Positions 59,658 through 64,000 of a stretch of 64,000 bases of DNA are shown here, piece by piece. Positions within the stretch are counted from its first letter, which is position 1; the number at the start of each line of letters is the position of its first letter. The translations under genes were made by a program, and so were the position numbers. This stretch comes from the human T2T-CHM13v2.0 reference genome, Homo sapiens. A model generated the notes under the pieces. It had not been told where the DNA came from. It did not search any database and saw only the letters and a program-made list of their open reading frames with translations. Location: NCBI RefSeq assembly GCF_009914755.1, contig NC_060937.1; one strand, written 5' to 3'.

Positions 59658-59947
59658 GGCTGGGCGCGGTGGTTCACGCCTGTAATCTCAGCACTTCAGG
59701 AGGGCGAGGCAGGTGGATCACCTGAGATCAGGAGTTCAAGACCAGCCTGATCAACATGGTGAAACCCCATCTCTACTAAAACTACAAAACTAGCCAGGTG
59801 TGGTGGCACATGACTATAATCCCAGATACTTGGGAGGCTGAGGCAGGAGACTAGTTTGAACCTCGGAGGTGGAGGTTGCAGTGAGCTGAGATCATGCCAT
59901 TGTGCTCCAGTCTGGGCAACAAGAGCAAAAGTCCATCTAAAAAAAAA
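59658..59947 (+). mobile_element. AluS (Sq-like)
   Basis: Full Alu. Confidence 0.93.
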
Positions 59948-62067
59948 CACACACACATTTTGGGAGGGTGTCTGGTCAAGTGTGGAAGTGTTTCTTTTCC
60001 AGGTGGGTCATTTAGTTGAGTTGGAATGCCCCAAATGTAGCCATCCCTCATGGTACATCTAAGGGAATCTGTTTCTCTTTCAATGAGCCTTTCCTTGGTT
60101 TATTGCAGGCCTCTATTGGAGCTACTAACCAAAAAATGAAAAGGAACTAGACCCAGAGAGGATCAAATGTGTAAATGCCAATTCAGAGAGGTGAGCAAAG
60201 CAGGAAGAAAGAAAGAAGGAGGGGAGGTCAAGATGAGAACTCTGCTGACTCCTGATTCTCCAAGGTACAAATTCTCTGCTGTGTTACCTACCCAGGCCTC
60301 TCTCCCACTCCTCTCTTGCTTCTGACTGGAAATAGGGAATTGGAGGAACATGTCTTGGGAAAGATGCCATTGCGTGCTTAGGCTGAGGCAGTCCCAGAAG
60401 GCTGGAGCTGGAGGATAACGTCAGAGGTCCCTAGTCAAGTTTCCTTACTATATAGATGAGGACTCAAGGCCCAGAAAGGTGGAGGGATGAGTGGACGTCT
60501 TTAAACATGTCCAAGAGAAAACAAATGACTTTGTTTAGTTTTCTGATCCCAAGCGGGAGGAAATAATTAGGAAAAATATTCCAAACATTTAAAAAGCTGT
60601 CTCTTAGTATTTGTTGATGATGCATGGTATGTTTCATACTGAATTTGATGCAGTGGTATAGAAAAATCATGGGCTTGAACACATTTCCTCAACAGACAAA
60701 CTCAACACATATAAAACAGTCAGTCAGTGGTGTCAGAAGCAAGGGTGAACATGGATGACCACACTCTGAAGCTGATAGTTTGCCACTCGAGAAGGGAATG
60801 GCTTTCCTCTCCAGCCTCCTGGGGCTCACAGGCTAGATGGAGTTATACAGGGATTCACCATGTTGATGGAAAGGGAGATCCTCTGGAACTTGTAGTTTGT
60901 GGAGGTGGGAGAATCTTCTCCCTTCAGCTATTCCAGAGAGCCTGTTGCTCATGAGGATTTGGAGTCTTGAAATGGTTACAGATCATTACCTGAGTCATCA
61001 GGAAGGATTCCCTGGATTATTCTCTCTTCCTTCTTCCTTTTCTATTTTGTCCTTATCACATCGTGGCTCAAGGCTTTCTAAAAGACCTGTTCTGATTTCA
61101 GAATCTATTGTTCATCATTTTTCTCAATGTTTTCTTTTCTTCTTTTGCTAGTTGGATCACATTCAGCTTTGATCTCTCATTAACCAGAAATTTCTATTCT
61201 TTTGACTCATTCATTTCCTTTAGCAGGAAATTAAAAATGAGCCACTATTTTATCAGGTATAACCTGTACATGATTTTCTTTTCTTTTCATCTAATGTTTA
61301 AGTTGTTCTCATCTATATTTTAGATTTACAGTGCCTGTTTCAGGCCTATTTCAAAAAGGAGATATTTTATTTCTTAATTAGAAAGGCTTTTTATTTCTGA
61401 GCATAACTTAAACATTTTAGCATTAATATCCTTTTGCTTTTCTGAGTTGAGGACTTAGTACTTTATAGTTATTTAGAAATATATGATTCTTTGCTATTCT
61501 TTATAAGTGTATTTTGTTATATAAACTCATATACACTTTTTAAATAATTTCTTTTTTTCATTTATTATGTGTTTTGAGCCATTATATTTTATTTGCTAAT
61601 ATCAATTTTGCTATTGTTATGGAATACCTCTAAAGTTCAAGTTTTGGATTTCCAAGTGTGACCTCCAGTTGTCTTGATGAGAGAATATACATTATCTGTA
61701 TCCAAAATGTCACTCAGGGCCAACTGGTCTTTTGATATTTGGCTTAAATACCTTGTCCCATGTGCAGTGAGAGACTCAGTCTTTCCAAATGTCTCAAGTC
61801 ATTGAGGGGACAGGGCACCTCCATTTCTCCTGGCTTCTTCTGGCCCTGGGGTCCTTCTTCTGTGGATTAGTGCAGTTCATGGTTTACTCACATCTGTGTG
61901 CTGTTCCTTTTATGCACTGTGCACCCCACACAGAACATCGTCCAAGTCCTTCCTGTCCACATTCTCAGGCTGTGTGTATGGCAGACATTCACTGAAGTTT
62001 TGGGGCAATGGAATTGTTTAACTAAAAGAAGTTTAAATTATAGCATCATTAAAATAAAGTAAAAAAT

Positions 62068-62426
<359 letters not shown>

Positions 62427-62539
62427 TTAAGAGCTTCTTTCTCACTGTCTACTTTTTTCAGCAAGCTGCCTGGTTTGTAATACTCCTTTATTCTCCATTC
62501 CTCAATCCCCACCCCTTTTAGTGACATTTTCCCTCTGGT

Positions 62540-62876
62540 CCCCTCCCCTCCCCTCCCCTCCCCTCCCGTCTCCTCTCCTTTCGTTTCCTTTCCTTTCATT
62601 TCCTGAGAGGAAATCTCGCTCTGTCACTCAGGATGGAGTGCTGTGGTGTGATCTTAGCTCACTGCAACCTCCGCCTCCTGGGTTCAAGCGATTCTCATGC
62701 AGCCTCCCGAGTAGCTAGGATTACATGGACGTGCCAGAACACCCGGCTAATTTTTTAGTAGAGACAGGGTTTCACCAGTTTGACCAGGTTGGTCTCCAAC
62801 TCCTGACCTCAAATGATCCACCTGCCTCAGCTTCCCAAAATGTTGGGATTACAGGTGTGAGCCACTGTACCTGGCC
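62540..62876 (-). mobile_element. AluS with (CCCCT)n/(TTTCC)n tail
   Basis: Reverse-complement Alu. Confidence 0.92.
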
Positions 62877-63591
62877 AAATCTTGTTATTTCTTATACTGA
62901 GAATTCAGTTCTCTAGGTAAGTCCTGCCTTCCATCAAGGCATAATTTTAAGACCTCAGTTTACACCCAGTGTTTCATGTAGGTATATTCCCAAGACTCTT
63001 TTTCCCCCTTTGAAGAACTCTAGCATCTGTTGTCAGTCCTCTGTGTCAACTCACCTCTCATCTCTCCTTCCAAATTACATGAATTTAAATACAAGGAAGC
63101 CATAGTCTCTTTGAAGAAACCTTTTGATAGTCTTACTGTTTTAAATGCCTTGTCTCATTTCATTTGAAAATATTTTAATATTATGCCTTATCTTACATAA
63201 AAAATCCCCACAAAAATGATGAAAGCTATATATGTTGTCAAATTTAATACAAATGTATATAAGTGAGAGCCAAAATATCAGATCAGCTTTTACAAAAATT
63301 GTTTGTCATGTATTATTTCAAAAAGTTTTACCACATTGTTGCATCAAACTTTGTTCCTTTTTTTCCCCTCTGGTGATTTGAAGTTATACATTCCATTTCT
63401 ATCTTTTATGGTTAGGGTCAACTTAAAATATATATGTAAACCTAGTTTTTAGTCAACATTAAGAATGAAGAAGTATGAATTTTCCCTGAGCTAAATGAGA
63501 AATTTAACACACCTCATCAATTTCCATATATTGTTGAAACAATTTGAAATTTTAGTTCCAGATTACTATTATTTTATATAACACACTTTCA

Positions 63592-63886
63592 TTTTTTCTT
63601 TTCTTCTTCTTCTTTTTTTTTTTTTTTTTTACATTGAAACAGAGTCTCTCTCTGTCGCCCAGGCCGGAGTGCAGTGGTGCGATCTTGACTCACTGTAACC
63701 TCCCCCTCCTGGGTTCAAGCGATTCTCGTGCATCAGCCTCCCGAGTAGATGGGATTACAGGCATGTGCCACCAGGTCTGGCTAATTTTTGTGTTTTTAGA
63801 GATGGAGTTTCACCATGTTGGCCAGGCTGGTCTTCAACCGCCGACCTCAGGAGATCCACCTGCCTCAGCCTCCCAAGTGCTGGGAT
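63592..63886 (-). mobile_element. AluS lacking its extreme 5' end
   Basis: Reverse-complement Alu ending gtgctgggatt. Confidence 0.93.
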
Positions 63887-63899
63887 TGCAGTGAGCCAG

Positions 63900-63977
63900 A
63901 GCTTGCAGTGAGCCGAGATAGTGCCAGTGCACTCCAGCCTGGGCGACAGAGTGAGATCCCGTCTAAAAAAAAAAAAA
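63900..63977 (+). mobile_element. 5'-truncated AluY-like 3' end
   Basis: gagcttgcagtgagccgagat...gggcgacagag...A-tail. Confidence 0.88.
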
Positions 63978-64000
63978 CCCAAAACAAACAAATAAAAACC

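Overview
This is primate (human-like) non-coding genomic DNA. It is dense in Alu elements (about 45 copies or fragments) on a background of old L1, L2, L3, MIR, MaLR/ERVL LTR and MER DNA-transposon fossils. I recognise no protein-coding exon: the supplied ORFs are Alu, LTR or simple-repeat translations, or random. There is no CpG island and no prokaryotic-type system. Recognisable items are a Y1 RNA retropseudogene (33189-33311), a THE1 solo LTR nested in an ancient MLT1J-type proviral remnant, an MLT1B LTR nested in MER5A, and an ~800-bp AT-rich higher-order tandem repeat. The most unusual observation is a candidate Alu 3' transduction at 23407-23820. There one TSD encloses the Alu, its A-tail, ~75 nt of foreign MER5A-derived flank that stops exactly at the first TTTT (Pol III terminator), and a second A-tail. 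Other oddities are a candidate orphan 3'UTR retrocopy within an interleaved L1/L2 rearrangement, local templated duplications, an intra-Alu micro-inversion and an arm-swapped Alu dimer. Repeat family calls are by eye from recalled consensus sequences, and boundaries of old elements are approximate. I see no evidence for a wholly new biological system.
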